Notes under the pieces: model-generated | Told to the model about the DNA's origin: nothing | Database searches by the model: none | Seen by the model: only the letters and a program-made list of their open reading frames with translations | From: Candidatus Poribacteria bacterium | GTDB lineage: Bacteria > Poribacteria > WGA-4E > PCPOR2b | Reading direction: 5' to 3' | DNA: 64,000 nt | NCBI GenBank assembly: GCA_965218095.1 | Contig: OZ244587.1 | Location: 2,496,001-2,560,000 of the forward strand | In this document: one piece after another, positions 30,664 through 38,796 of the stretch | Position numbering within the stretch: the first letter of the stretch is position 1 | Layout of the letters: every line of letters starts with the position of its first letter | Made by a program: the position numbers and the translations under genes

Positions 30664-31476
30664 TCACCGACTTCCCGGCTCACTTTCTCCCGCGTTTCCA
30701 CCGGCTTTCTGAATATGGTGATAGATAATCTGAAGTCCTTTCAACATTAACTCCGGGTCTACCACATCCACCAATTCCGAGCCCTGCGCAATCCGGTTTG
30801 CCAATCCCCCTGTGGCAATGACTTTTGCGTCCTCACTCAGTTCCGCTTTCATGCGGCGAATGATGTATTCCATCTGCCCGAGAAATCCGTAATAGAATCC
30901 GGATCGGACACAGGCGGCCGTGCTCTTGCCAATTACATCCGATGGCTGGGAAAGATCCACGCGCTTCAACAGGGCGGTTTTATCAAATAGCGCGTCCATC
31001 GAGATACGAATGCCGGGGGCAATCACACCGCCGAGGTACGCGCCATCCGCAGCGACGGCATCGAATGTCGTCGCTGTGCCAAAATCCACGACGATCAGGG
31101 GACCGCCGTAGGTACAATGTGAAGCAACCGTATTTGTGATGCGGTCTGCGCCGACTTCTTCAGGGTAGTCACAACGCAATTCAATACCCACATCTGATTT
31201 GGCAGAAACTACAATCGGTGTGAGATGAAAGTATCGTTCGCACATCCCAACAAACTCGCGCAGTGCCAGCGGGACGACAGAGGAAATAATAACTCCCTCA
31301 AAACCGGAGCGAGGAATTTTGTGAATGCGTAACAATTCACAAATTTGGGCACCATATTCATCAGCAAGGCGGTGCGGGTCTGTGAGAATGCGCCAACTGA
31401 TCTTGACCCGTTCACCTTCCAAAACGCCGATGACAATCGTGGTATTGCCAATATCCACAGCAAGTACCATACCCAT
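30664..31476 (-). CDS. coaX: Type III pantothenate kinase
   Basis: AVDIGNT, SSVVP, VGADR, VVDFGTATT, GG.IAPG, ATGG. Confidence 0.96.
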   Translation of the reverse strand: MGMVLAVDIGNTTIVIGVLEGERVKISWRILTDPHRLADEYGAQICELLRIHKIPRSGFEGVIISSVVPLALREFVGMCERYFHLTPIVVSAKSDVGIELRCDYPEEVGADRITNTVASHCTYGGPLIVVDFGTATTFDAVAADGAYLGGVIAPGIRISMDALFDKTALLKRVDLSQPSDVIGKSTAACVRSGFYYGFLGQMEYIIRRMKAELSEDAKVIATGGLANRIAQGSELVDVVDPELMLKGLQIIYHHIQKAGGNAGESEPGSR

Positions 31477-31506
31477 TTCTCCTCAATGCAAATTGTTGGA
31501 ATGTCC

Positions 31507-32112
31507 TTACTTTGAATAGCGACTTCTAACCATGACTTGAGACGCTTTGGCCACGGGAAGGTACTTCTTCAAGACCGTCTGAACTCTGGCTTCATTGAGT
31601 TGCTGCTGCGTGATAAGGAGACATTTTCCCGCTGAAGCGGATTTCCATTCCTGTTCAAAGTCGGCAATGGTTGGTCTCCTTTCGCCTCTATTGGCAGGGT
31701 TTTGCAGATAAATTCGTTCGGCTGTATCATATCCGATAACAGCCCACAGGTGTCGTCGATTTCCATACTGTAATAGCACGATGGGTACCCATCTTTGGAC
31801 AACAAATGCCTTGAGAATATCCGAATCGCAGTTGGACACAATACTGAGATTTCTGATCTGTAACCTCCCGTAGAGGGTCTCAAGTCGATCAGGGGTTTGT
31901 GTTTTGAAGGCAACATCCAAAGGTGCGAGCACCCCATATCCTCTAGGATTAATTTTAGCGGTCGGGGGTAATGAGCCCATCGTCGAAGTGGACAAAGTGG
32001 GTCGTGAAGATCCAACTTCTGGGATAGGCATCCTCCGGGTCGATGTTCCACAACTCATCAAGAGTGCACATAAAGTTAAAGTAAATACAATGCGCAAGGA
32101 TTGGTTTTGCAT
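31507..32112 (-). CDS. Lipoprotein with C39-peptidase-like fold, no evident catalytic Cys
   Basis: Lipobox LMSC; PIVLL...HLWAVIGYD...LQNP...DFEQEW. Confidence 0.55.
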   Translation of the reverse strand: MQNQSLRIVFTLTLCALLMSCGTSTRRMPIPEVGSSRPTLSTSTMGSLPPTAKINPRGYGVLAPLDVAFKTQTPDRLETLYGRLQIRNLSIVSNCDSDILKAFVVQRWVPIVLLQYGNRRHLWAVIGYDTAERIYLQNPANRGERRPTIADFEQEWKSASAGKCLLITQQQLNEARVQTVLKKYLPVAKASQVMVRSRYSK

Positions 32113-32393
32113 GACTTGCTCCTTTATGTCATTCGGGTCCGAATCTGAACAACCTTTTACACTCAATAACCTAGTGTAGCACAGGGAAAGGTTGCTGTCA
32201 AGGGGGAAAGAAAGTTATGAATTAACGAATGGACAAAAAAGAAGAAGATTGGTGGCGCCACAACATCACATATTACGCAATACACATCACGCTTTACGTT
32301 TTTACGCTTTACGATTAATATTGAGCTCTGTCGGGATTTCTGTTACACTTTCAAACTGGGGATCTGCCTTAGCACATAACAAAAGGTGCATAT

Positions 32394-32633
32394 ATGAAAT
32401 CGAATACAGACGACACACTAAACGAAAATGAAATGGTTGCGCTCGCCCAAAAACATCTAGCGGAACTCGGCATTGAGAACGCGTTGATCTATCCCCATAA
32501 GAAGATTGTGCGTATACAGGCGCCAGAGTCCGACTTTGATCGTGCAGTTCAGATCCGCGAAACAATTGTAGAGCGGATGAGAGCAATTGGTTACCGATTT
32601 GTCACGCTGGATCTTGAAGAGAAAGCGGATTAG
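32394..32633 (+). CDS. Small protein resembling the LarE C-terminal domain
   Basis: H.KIVRIQ...RETIVERMRAIGYRFVTLDLE. Confidence 0.65.
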   Translation: MKSNTDDTLNENEMVALAQKHLAELGIENALIYPHKKIVRIQAPESDFDRAVQIRETIVERMRAIGYRFVTLDLEEKAD

Positions 32634-32840
32634 ACTTTACTCAAACTCAGGAGGTTCACGATACGCTGCTATCGCGAAATAAAGTGGAAGAAATCGCTGA
32701 ATCTCGGATGGCGCTGTCACTCGTCCCCTACGAAGGGGCTACCTCCTCTGGTGAAAAATTGGCGCAAAGCACGCAGAAGCCGGGTGCACGGTTCATCCCA
32801 GCCCCCCCCGCAGTTGTGAATCTGTCAGGACCTATCCCTG

Positions 32841-33944
32841 CTACGATTCACTATTTGGATACTCGATAATCGTTTTGATTGATTCGCGCTGACGGGGGGC
32901 GTATGCGTCACGGAAATTGCAGAGTGGAACGCGCAAGGTAATCAGACCCGAGAGCGTGGTTGGGTGATGTGTTTGAATCCAACGCATGTGATTGAATGCG
33001 GTGTTGAAATCACGATGTTCAGCGGCATTGACGATGCCAATCAAAACCTGATTGTACATCAGCAGGCGGCGCATCAGGTGGCTGAAGTCAACTGTCATCG
33101 GTCGCCATCTGTGACGCTCTGAGCCTGTGATGACCATGACACCGCGGTCGCCAAGGGCATCTGTGACGGCATACGCCAATCGGTCGCTGCCGGTGCATTC
33201 GATGATCAGGTCGAAATTTTTATCTCGATTCTGGAAGTTCTTGAAGTCCACCTTTCGATAGTCGAGGTAGTCGATGCCGAGCGATTTTGCTAGTTGAACC
33301 TGATAATCCTGTTCATCGCGGCGTCCGACGATTGTCGTGTCAAACTGGTGTGTGAGCGAAATCAACGCCGAAGTAAAACCGATCGCTCCCAATCCGGTAA
33401 TCAGCACGCGGGGATTACGATGTCGAAAACCAGCCTCGCCGATTCGGGCGATCTGGATTTGAATTGCTTCATTGAACGCCTTCTCTCCGATTGAAAACGG
33501 CTCTGTGAGCATAGCGAACGCTTCCAAACCATCGGGTACGCGATAAAGGTGCTCAGGGGATTCCAACCAATACTCGGCGCTGAAGCCGTGCTGATAGTAG
33601 ATGCCTCGCTCGGTGAATTCATCTCGCGCCGCAAGGTCAAGGCGATACGGCAAAGGTTCATCGCTTTTTGGACGCCGCACGGAAGGCGCCACGAAATCAC
33701 CCGGCTGAAATTCTGTCACGTCCTCTCCAACAGCTTCGACCTTTCCAACCGCTTCGTGACCGAGAATCAGGTACGATTCCCCTGGCGGTGTTCGTGGCTC
33801 ACCTGACGCGAGAATATCCCGATCTGTGCCACAGATTCCGAGGGCGCCGGCTCGCACGATCACACCGTTCGGTGATATTTCCGGCTGTTGCGCTTCGATT
33901 AATTCAGGTTCGCTGCATCCCTGTCGGATGGCAATGGCTCTCAT
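32841..33944 (-). CDS. Zn-dependent glucose 1-dehydrogenase-like (MDR family)
   Basis: GICGTD, LGHEAVG, VRRP, ERGI, LTEP.SI.EKA, GLGAIG, NQ.L.G.VNA. Confidence 0.88.
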   Translation of the reverse strand: MRAIAIRQGCSEPELIEAQQPEISPNGVIVRAGALGICGTDRDILASGEPRTPPGESYLILGHEAVGKVEAVGEDVTEFQPGDFVAPSVRRPKSDEPLPYRLDLAARDEFTERGIYYQHGFSAEYWLESPEHLYRVPDGLEAFAMLTEPFSIGEKAFNEAIQIQIARIGEAGFRHRNPRVLITGLGAIGFTSALISLTHQFDTTIVGRRDEQDYQVQLAKSLGIDYLDYRKVDFKNFQNRDKNFDLIIECTGSDRLAYAVTDALGDRGVMVITGSERHRWRPMTVDFSHLMRRLLMYNQVLIGIVNAAEHRDFNTAFNHMRWIQTHHPTTLSGLITLRVPLCNFRDAYAPRQRESIKTIIEYPNSES

Positions 33945-34074
33945 CTACTCCTCCTTGCTGAATCTCCCTCTTCCGCGTTCGGCTTTGGGAAGTATCGCGT
34001 GTGTGAAAATTAGGCAAAGTGGGGCTGGAAATCGTAGAATTCGCCCTACCTTTTCAAATGCAACACATGCTTGC

Positions 34075-34157
34075 CCTGCGGCGGTTTGAATCTCTCGTCG
34101 CGCAACCTTCCTATCGCCTTCAGCCTTATCAATCCACGCCTGCGTCTCGGGCTTCAT
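34075..34157 (-). pseudogene. HEPN toxin N-terminal remnant
   Basis: MKPETQAWIDKAEGDRKVARRE overlapping the MNT 3' end, then unrelated sequence. Confidence 0.7.
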
Positions 34158-34472
34158 ACAAGACAACCCCTTTCATCATTACCTCTGTGGCAAAGATCCC
34201 TTTGCGTGCCAGAGAAGCATTCTAGTCGGAGGGCGTGGATACGATAATGTCCAGAGGAAAGGGATGGTCAATAGCTGCGGCAATTCGAGCTGCGACATGG
34301 AGAGGCTTTTCTTCCGTATCCATCGTGACCAGCAGATATCGCTATCCGCTGTCGGCGTGCCGTAAGCGTGAGAACCAAACAGGATTATCTTCTGCAGATG
34401 AAAATGCTCCACAATTTGCCAGACAATTTCCTGAGTGCGCTTTAAGGTCACAACCGTTTTGACTTCAGCCAT
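34128..34472 (-). pseudogene. Minimal nucleotidyltransferase (MNT) antitoxin, frameshift plus internal TAG
   Basis: KIILFGSHAYGTPTADSD, frameshift, then LLVTMD...PLDIIV.TP.D*...KGVVLYE. Confidence 0.8.
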
Positions 34473-34506
34473 TTTACCCGACCTCCTGAGTTTTCTGCGC
34501 GAACTC

Positions 34507-35322
34507 TTACACTACAAACAAAGAGCGCAAATACGCTATCGACGCCTCCACGATCCGCTGGACTTCATCAAGCGGCGTGTCCGTCCCCTGATGTGTGCCG
34601 ACTATCTCCAGCGTCACATAAGGAACATGATCGATTGTATTCATAACAGCAGCAAGCACGGGCAGATCCATGGCGCCCTTGCCGGGAATCTGCGTCTCAA
34701 CAGGTCCTATCGGCCGCTCACGGCTTTCCCGGTTATCACGGATACGCAAGGTCGTAACGTAATCCTTTAGTTGTTTGAGTGATTTGACCGAATCTTCGGC
34801 GGCGTCTGTCCGCCAGATATGGCTCGCATCAAAGTTGAGTCCGACCCACTCGCGATCGACTTTCTCCATAAAGCGCAACGCTGTCTCCGTTGAATACACC
34901 GCATTGTTGACGTGCGGCTTGATGCTCAACTTGATCCCAGCCTGCGAGGTTTGGGCAGCAGTCGCGTTAATCAATTCCACAACCTGTTTGAAACTTACTT
35001 CGTCATCGGACTTCCCGCCTGCGCCTTCGGCAATTGCTGGGGCACCCACCAATTGTGCGGCTTCGATTACCTTGTCAAATTCTGGACTATCCACGCCGAT
35101 TCCGCCTGTCCCTGCGATCGATTCGATCGCCAATCCGTGCGAAGCGATTTTCGATTTGACTTCTTCGTAGTAAGAAGCCGGTTTACCAATTCCCAAATGC
35201 GGTGCCATTCCGGGGCGAGCGCAGAGTTCGATTGCCTTATACCCGGCTTTCGCAATTCCCGTAAGCGCCTGATCTAAACTGAAACCACCGTATAAAATTG
35301 TGCTGCATCCAGGTTTTTTCAT
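34507..35322 (-). CDS. Sugar phosphate isomerase/epimerase (xylose isomerase-like TIM barrel)
   Basis: AGYKAIEL, VGLNFDASH, PGKG.MD, TLE. Confidence 0.85.
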   Translation of the reverse strand: MKKPGCSTILYGGFSLDQALTGIAKAGYKAIELCARPGMAPHLGIGKPASYYEEVKSKIASHGLAIESIAGTGGIGVDSPEFDKVIEAAQLVGAPAIAEGAGGKSDDEVSFKQVVELINATAAQTSQAGIKLSIKPHVNNAVYSTETALRFMEKVDREWVGLNFDASHIWRTDAAEDSVKSLKQLKDYVTTLRIRDNRESRERPIGPVETQIPGKGAMDLPVLAAVMNTIDHVPYVTLEIVGTHQGTDTPLDEVQRIVEASIAYLRSLFVV

Positions 35323-35434
35323 GTATCCATTCCTCAAGTGAGGTATTCATACGCATCAAAGATATGTTATACTTTATCTTACTTTACCAGACGGGTCAAG
35401 TGAAAAGAAGCAACCCAGAAAGACGAATTTCCGA

Positions 35435-35463
35435 TTGACAATTTCGATGAGAGATGGTATCTT
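35435..35463 (+). promoter_or_regulatory. Putative sigma70 promoter
   Basis: TTGACA-17 nt-TATCTT with an extended TG. Confidence 0.5.
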
Positions 35464-35539
35464 GAATCTATATGCTGGACTCACCGGTGTGATGAATGCT
35501 ATCGTTAATGGATGAAATTGAACAAGAGAGGAACCTGTC

Positions 35540-36247
35540 ATGCCTATCATTGATCATTTTAGTCCAAAGGTCAGGGCGATTAGCCGTTTCCATTCCTTTT
35601 ACAATGCGTGGGCGACACACATTGCCGCGGACTTGAATGCCTTATTGCCGGAAAATTTCATTGCAGAACCGAACGTGCAGATCGGCAGTCTCGTTGAAAT
35701 CGACGTTCAAGCAGACGAACTGCTGGATGAAGATGAAAACCTGCTTGTAAGTCGATACCAGATTCCTGCTGCAATGGTAAGTGTGCCTGCATCATTTCCT
35801 GACGAGATGGAGGTCTACATCGTAGATCTCGGCGCCGCCAGACGAACCGTCGGCGTGATTGAGATTGTCAGTCCGGCCAACAAGGACAGACCACAGCACC
35901 GAGATACCTTTATCGCCAAATGCTTGCGCCTGATTTCGCAAGGGATTTCTCTCGTGATTGTGGACATCGTCACAGTTCGGCTGTTCAATTTTCACAACGA
36001 ACTGATGCGACAGTTGGAATCCAAAGAAGGGCAGTTACCAGAGACTGAGGAAGCTCCGCTCTACTGTTCAGCGTACCGATACACCCTTAATCGGGAGGAT
36101 CTCCGCGTTGAATGCTGGGCGCATCCACTCTCGGTTGGAGATGTCTTGCCTGAATTGCCGTTGTTTATTCGTTCAGAAATTGCTGTACCCGTCAGGCTTG
36201 AGCAAACGTATATGGAAACTTGTCAGAAGTTCAGGGTTGTTGTTTAA
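35540..36247 (+). CDS. DUF4058-family (PD-(D/E)XK-like) protein
   Basis: MPIIDHF...FH.F...W, VIEIVSPANKDR, LPELPLF, VRLEQTY. Confidence 0.8.
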   Translation: MPIIDHFSPKVRAISRFHSFYNAWATHIAADLNALLPENFIAEPNVQIGSLVEIDVQADELLDEDENLLVSRYQIPAAMVSVPASFPDEMEVYIVDLGAARRTVGVIEIVSPANKDRPQHRDTFIAKCLRLISQGISLVIVDIVTVRLFNFHNELMRQLESKEGQLPETEEAPLYCSAYRYTLNREDLRVECWAHPLSVGDVLPELPLFIRSEIAVPVRLEQTYMETCQKFRVVV

Positions 36248-36272
36248 TTATCTAATCAATGGAGGTAATGTA

Positions 36273-37691
36273 ATGCAAATGCACATTGGCGGCGAATGGG
36301 TTGACAAGCCGCAGCAGATTGAGGTTTTGAATCCCTTTGACGGTTCGGTTGTCGATACCATTCCCAAAGGCGATCACAACGATGTAGAAACCGCTCTCAG
36401 AACTGCCGAGCGCGGCGCCGAGATTATGGCAAAAATGACCGGTTACGAGCGGTACGAGATCATCCACAAGGTCTCAGAACTGATGACGGAGCGTGTGGAC
36501 GAACTCGCTCGAATCATTACATTGGAAGAGGGAAAAATCCTCGCAGAGGCGACGATTGAGGCCGGTCGTGCGTCAGAGATCATCGCGCTGTCCGCAGAGG
36601 AAGCTAAGCGGCTTTATGGGGAAGTCATCCCGCTCGAAGGCGGCCCCGGAGTTAAGGGAAAATTGGGCTTCACGGTGCGAGTCCCGTGTGGCATCGTTGT
36701 CGGGATTAGCCCCTTTAATTTCCCACTGCACCTCGTTTGTCACAAGGTAGGTCCAGCATTAGCCGCAGGAAATGCGATTATTGTTAAACCCGCCACAGAC
36801 ACGCCGTTGTCGGCACTGAAACTGGTTGAGCTTTTCCTTGAAGCGGGCACGCCACCGGAAGCGATCCAATGTTTGACCGGATCGGGCAGCGTGATTGGCG
36901 ATGCGCTTTGTGCAGATCGGCGCGTCAGGAAGATTACCTTCACCGGCAGCCGTGATGTCGGGGAGCATATCTGCCATACTGCGGGACTCAAGCGCGTAAC
37001 GATGGAATTGGGATCGAACTCTCCGCTGATTGTCATGCCGGACGCAGATCCAGAGAAGGTCGCAGCAGCTGCCGCAGCCTCCGGCTATTCTAATGCAGGG
37101 CAGGTCTGTATCTCAACACAAAGGGTCATTGCCCACGAGGGCATCTATGGCGATTTTCTCGATGCTTTCAAATCAACCGTTGAAGGTATCTCGACAGGAA
37201 ATCCCCTCGAAGCACCGACTAAGATGGGACCAATGATTCGTGAAGATGACGCCATCCGCGTTGGCGAGTGGGTTGATGAAGCGGTCAGCAGTGGTGCGGA
37301 ACTCCTCACCGGCGGTAAAAGAAATGGGCAGATCTACGCCCCGACGCTCGTTGCCAATGTCAAGCCAGAGATGAAAATCTCATGCGACGAAATCTTTGGC
37401 CCCGTTGTCGGTGTAACGAAGGTTTCAAACATCGACGATGCTATTACCCTCGCCAACGACACCAACTACGGGTTGAGCGCGGCAATCTTCACCCAAAACA
37501 TCGATTGGGCGATGCGGTTTGTGCGTGAAGTTGACTCCGGCAACCTGATGGTGAACTGGGGAACGCAGTGGCGGGCAGACCTCATGCCCTATGGCGGTCT
37601 AAAAGAGAGCGGCATGGGCAAGGAGGGGCCGAAGTACGCTGTACAGGAGATGACTGAGACGAAGATGGCGATTTTCCATCTGAGCGAATAA
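36273..37691 (+). CDS. Aldehyde dehydrogenase
   Basis: GGAGG RBS; ISPFNFP, FTGS, MELGSN, GQVCIS, EIFGP, PYGG.K.SG. Confidence 0.95.
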   Translation: MQMHIGGEWVDKPQQIEVLNPFDGSVVDTIPKGDHNDVETALRTAERGAEIMAKMTGYERYEIIHKVSELMTERVDELARIITLEEGKILAEATIEAGRASEIIALSAEEAKRLYGEVIPLEGGPGVKGKLGFTVRVPCGIVVGISPFNFPLHLVCHKVGPALAAGNAIIVKPATDTPLSALKLVELFLEAGTPPEAIQCLTGSGSVIGDALCADRRVRKITFTGSRDVGEHICHTAGLKRVTMELGSNSPLIVMPDADPEKVAAAAAASGYSNAGQVCISTQRVIAHEGIYGDFLDAFKSTVEGISTGNPLEAPTKMGPMIREDDAIRVGEWVDEAVSSGAELLTGGKRNGQIYAPTLVANVKPEMKISCDEIFGPVVGVTKVSNIDDAITLANDTNYGLSAAIFTQNIDWAMRFVREVDSGNLMVNWGTQWRADLMPYGGLKESGMGKEGPKYAVQEMTETKMAIFHLSE

Positions 37692-37692
37692 G

Positions 37693-37745
37693 GCGTGAAA
37701 CGTAAAACGTGAAACGTAAGCATTGATTACGTTTCACGTTTTGCT
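37693..37745. repeat. Heptamer tandem repeat (ACGTAAA/ACGTGAA) arranged as an inverted pair
   Basis: CGTGAAACGTAAAACGTGAAACGTAAG...TTACGTTTCACGTTTT; similar runs near 9650, 16194, 21352, 30611, 32288, 55345 and 63685. Confidence 0.7.
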
Positions 37746-37764
37746 TTACAGCATGAGGAATGAA

Positions 37765-38469
37765 ATGCCCTCCGAATACCAACACAACATTTTTGTTTTT
37801 GATATTGAAACGATTCCTCAAGAGACATTAACCATTCCTTTGTGGAGAGAACTCGAACACAAAACAGGGAATGAGGTTGCGAAAACATCTGAAAACGAAG
37901 AAACAATACGATTGAAATTACAGCACCTAAACCCGGCTTTCGGTCGAATTCTTTGTATTGGCGTTCTATACAAAAGTATGAACTCACAAGGAGAATGGAA
38001 GGAGGAAAGAGAAGCTTTCTATGCTTCTGATGAAAAGGAACTGCTGTCGAATTTTGGGAGCAGGTTAGCCGACTTTGACAACCGAAGAACTTTATTCGTT
38101 TCCTTTAACGGGCTACGGTTTGATGTGCCATTTATCATCGCCCGTACAATTGCCCAAGGTTTGCCTCGAACAAACAGACTCTTTCTTGATACATACAGAT
38201 ATGGAAGATTCCCTCATTTTGATGTTTGTCTTGCTTTAGAAAATCAACTGACGCTTGAAGCTGCCTGCGAGATGCTAGGTATAGACAATCCGAAAACAGA
38301 GGCTATAAGAGGAAGCGACGTTTTTGAATACTACAAACGAGGACAGATTCTAGAAATCTTAAATTATTGTCTTAGAGACGTTGAATCCACATATGAGATC
38401 TTTCAGAAAATCCAATCTTTTTATCCACTCTCATACGCAGATGAGAGAAAAGCAAGAAATTGGAGTTAG
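37765..38469 (+). CDS. DEDDy 3'-5' exonuclease (PolB exonuclease-like)
   Basis: ExoI FDIETIP, ExoII SFNGLRFDVPF, ExoIII YCLRDV. Confidence 0.88.
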   Translation: MPSEYQHNIFVFDIETIPQETLTIPLWRELEHKTGNEVAKTSENEETIRLKLQHLNPAFGRILCIGVLYKSMNSQGEWKEEREAFYASDEKELLSNFGSRLADFDNRRTLFVSFNGLRFDVPFIIARTIAQGLPRTNRLFLDTYRYGRFPHFDVCLALENQLTLEAACEMLGIDNPKTEAIRGSDVFEYYKRGQILEILNYCLRDVESTYEIFQKIQSFYPLSYADERKARNWS

Positions 38470-38760
38470 CTGAAGGGCGAAGTCACCCCAATTCCTGTTC
38501 GAAGCCCAACTTTCAAGTGCATTGCTTGTCGCAAGACGTTCTACCCCGAAAGTTTGGACTTTTGTGAGGTTTGTGGTGATTTTGCTTGCCTTGAGTGTAA
38601 AGAGGGGTTGGAACGTGCTGATTTGGAGGCGATTGGGCTTGGAGATTACACTGGTGACATTCAAAAGTATACGCGGGAGGAATACTTGAGCGGTAAAACT
38701 CAAGTGGAAACCAGCGGCTCCCTGCCTTCTGAACTCACAGATGATGATATCCCGTTTTAA
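38470..38760 (+). CDS. In-frame continuation of the exonuclease: 3xCxxC zinc-binding domain with SSB-like DDDIPF tail
   Basis: Same frame as the exonuclease, separated by a single TAG; CIAC, CEVC, CLEC; ends LTDDDIPF. Confidence 0.7.
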   Translation: MKGEVTPIPVRSPTFKCIACRKTFYPESLDFCEVCGDFACLECKEGLERADLEAIGLGDYTGDIQKYTREEYLSGKTQVETSGSLPSELTDDDIPF

Positions 38761-38796
38761 GTCTTTGCTTAATGCAGCTTTGAACAGGAAATTGTA

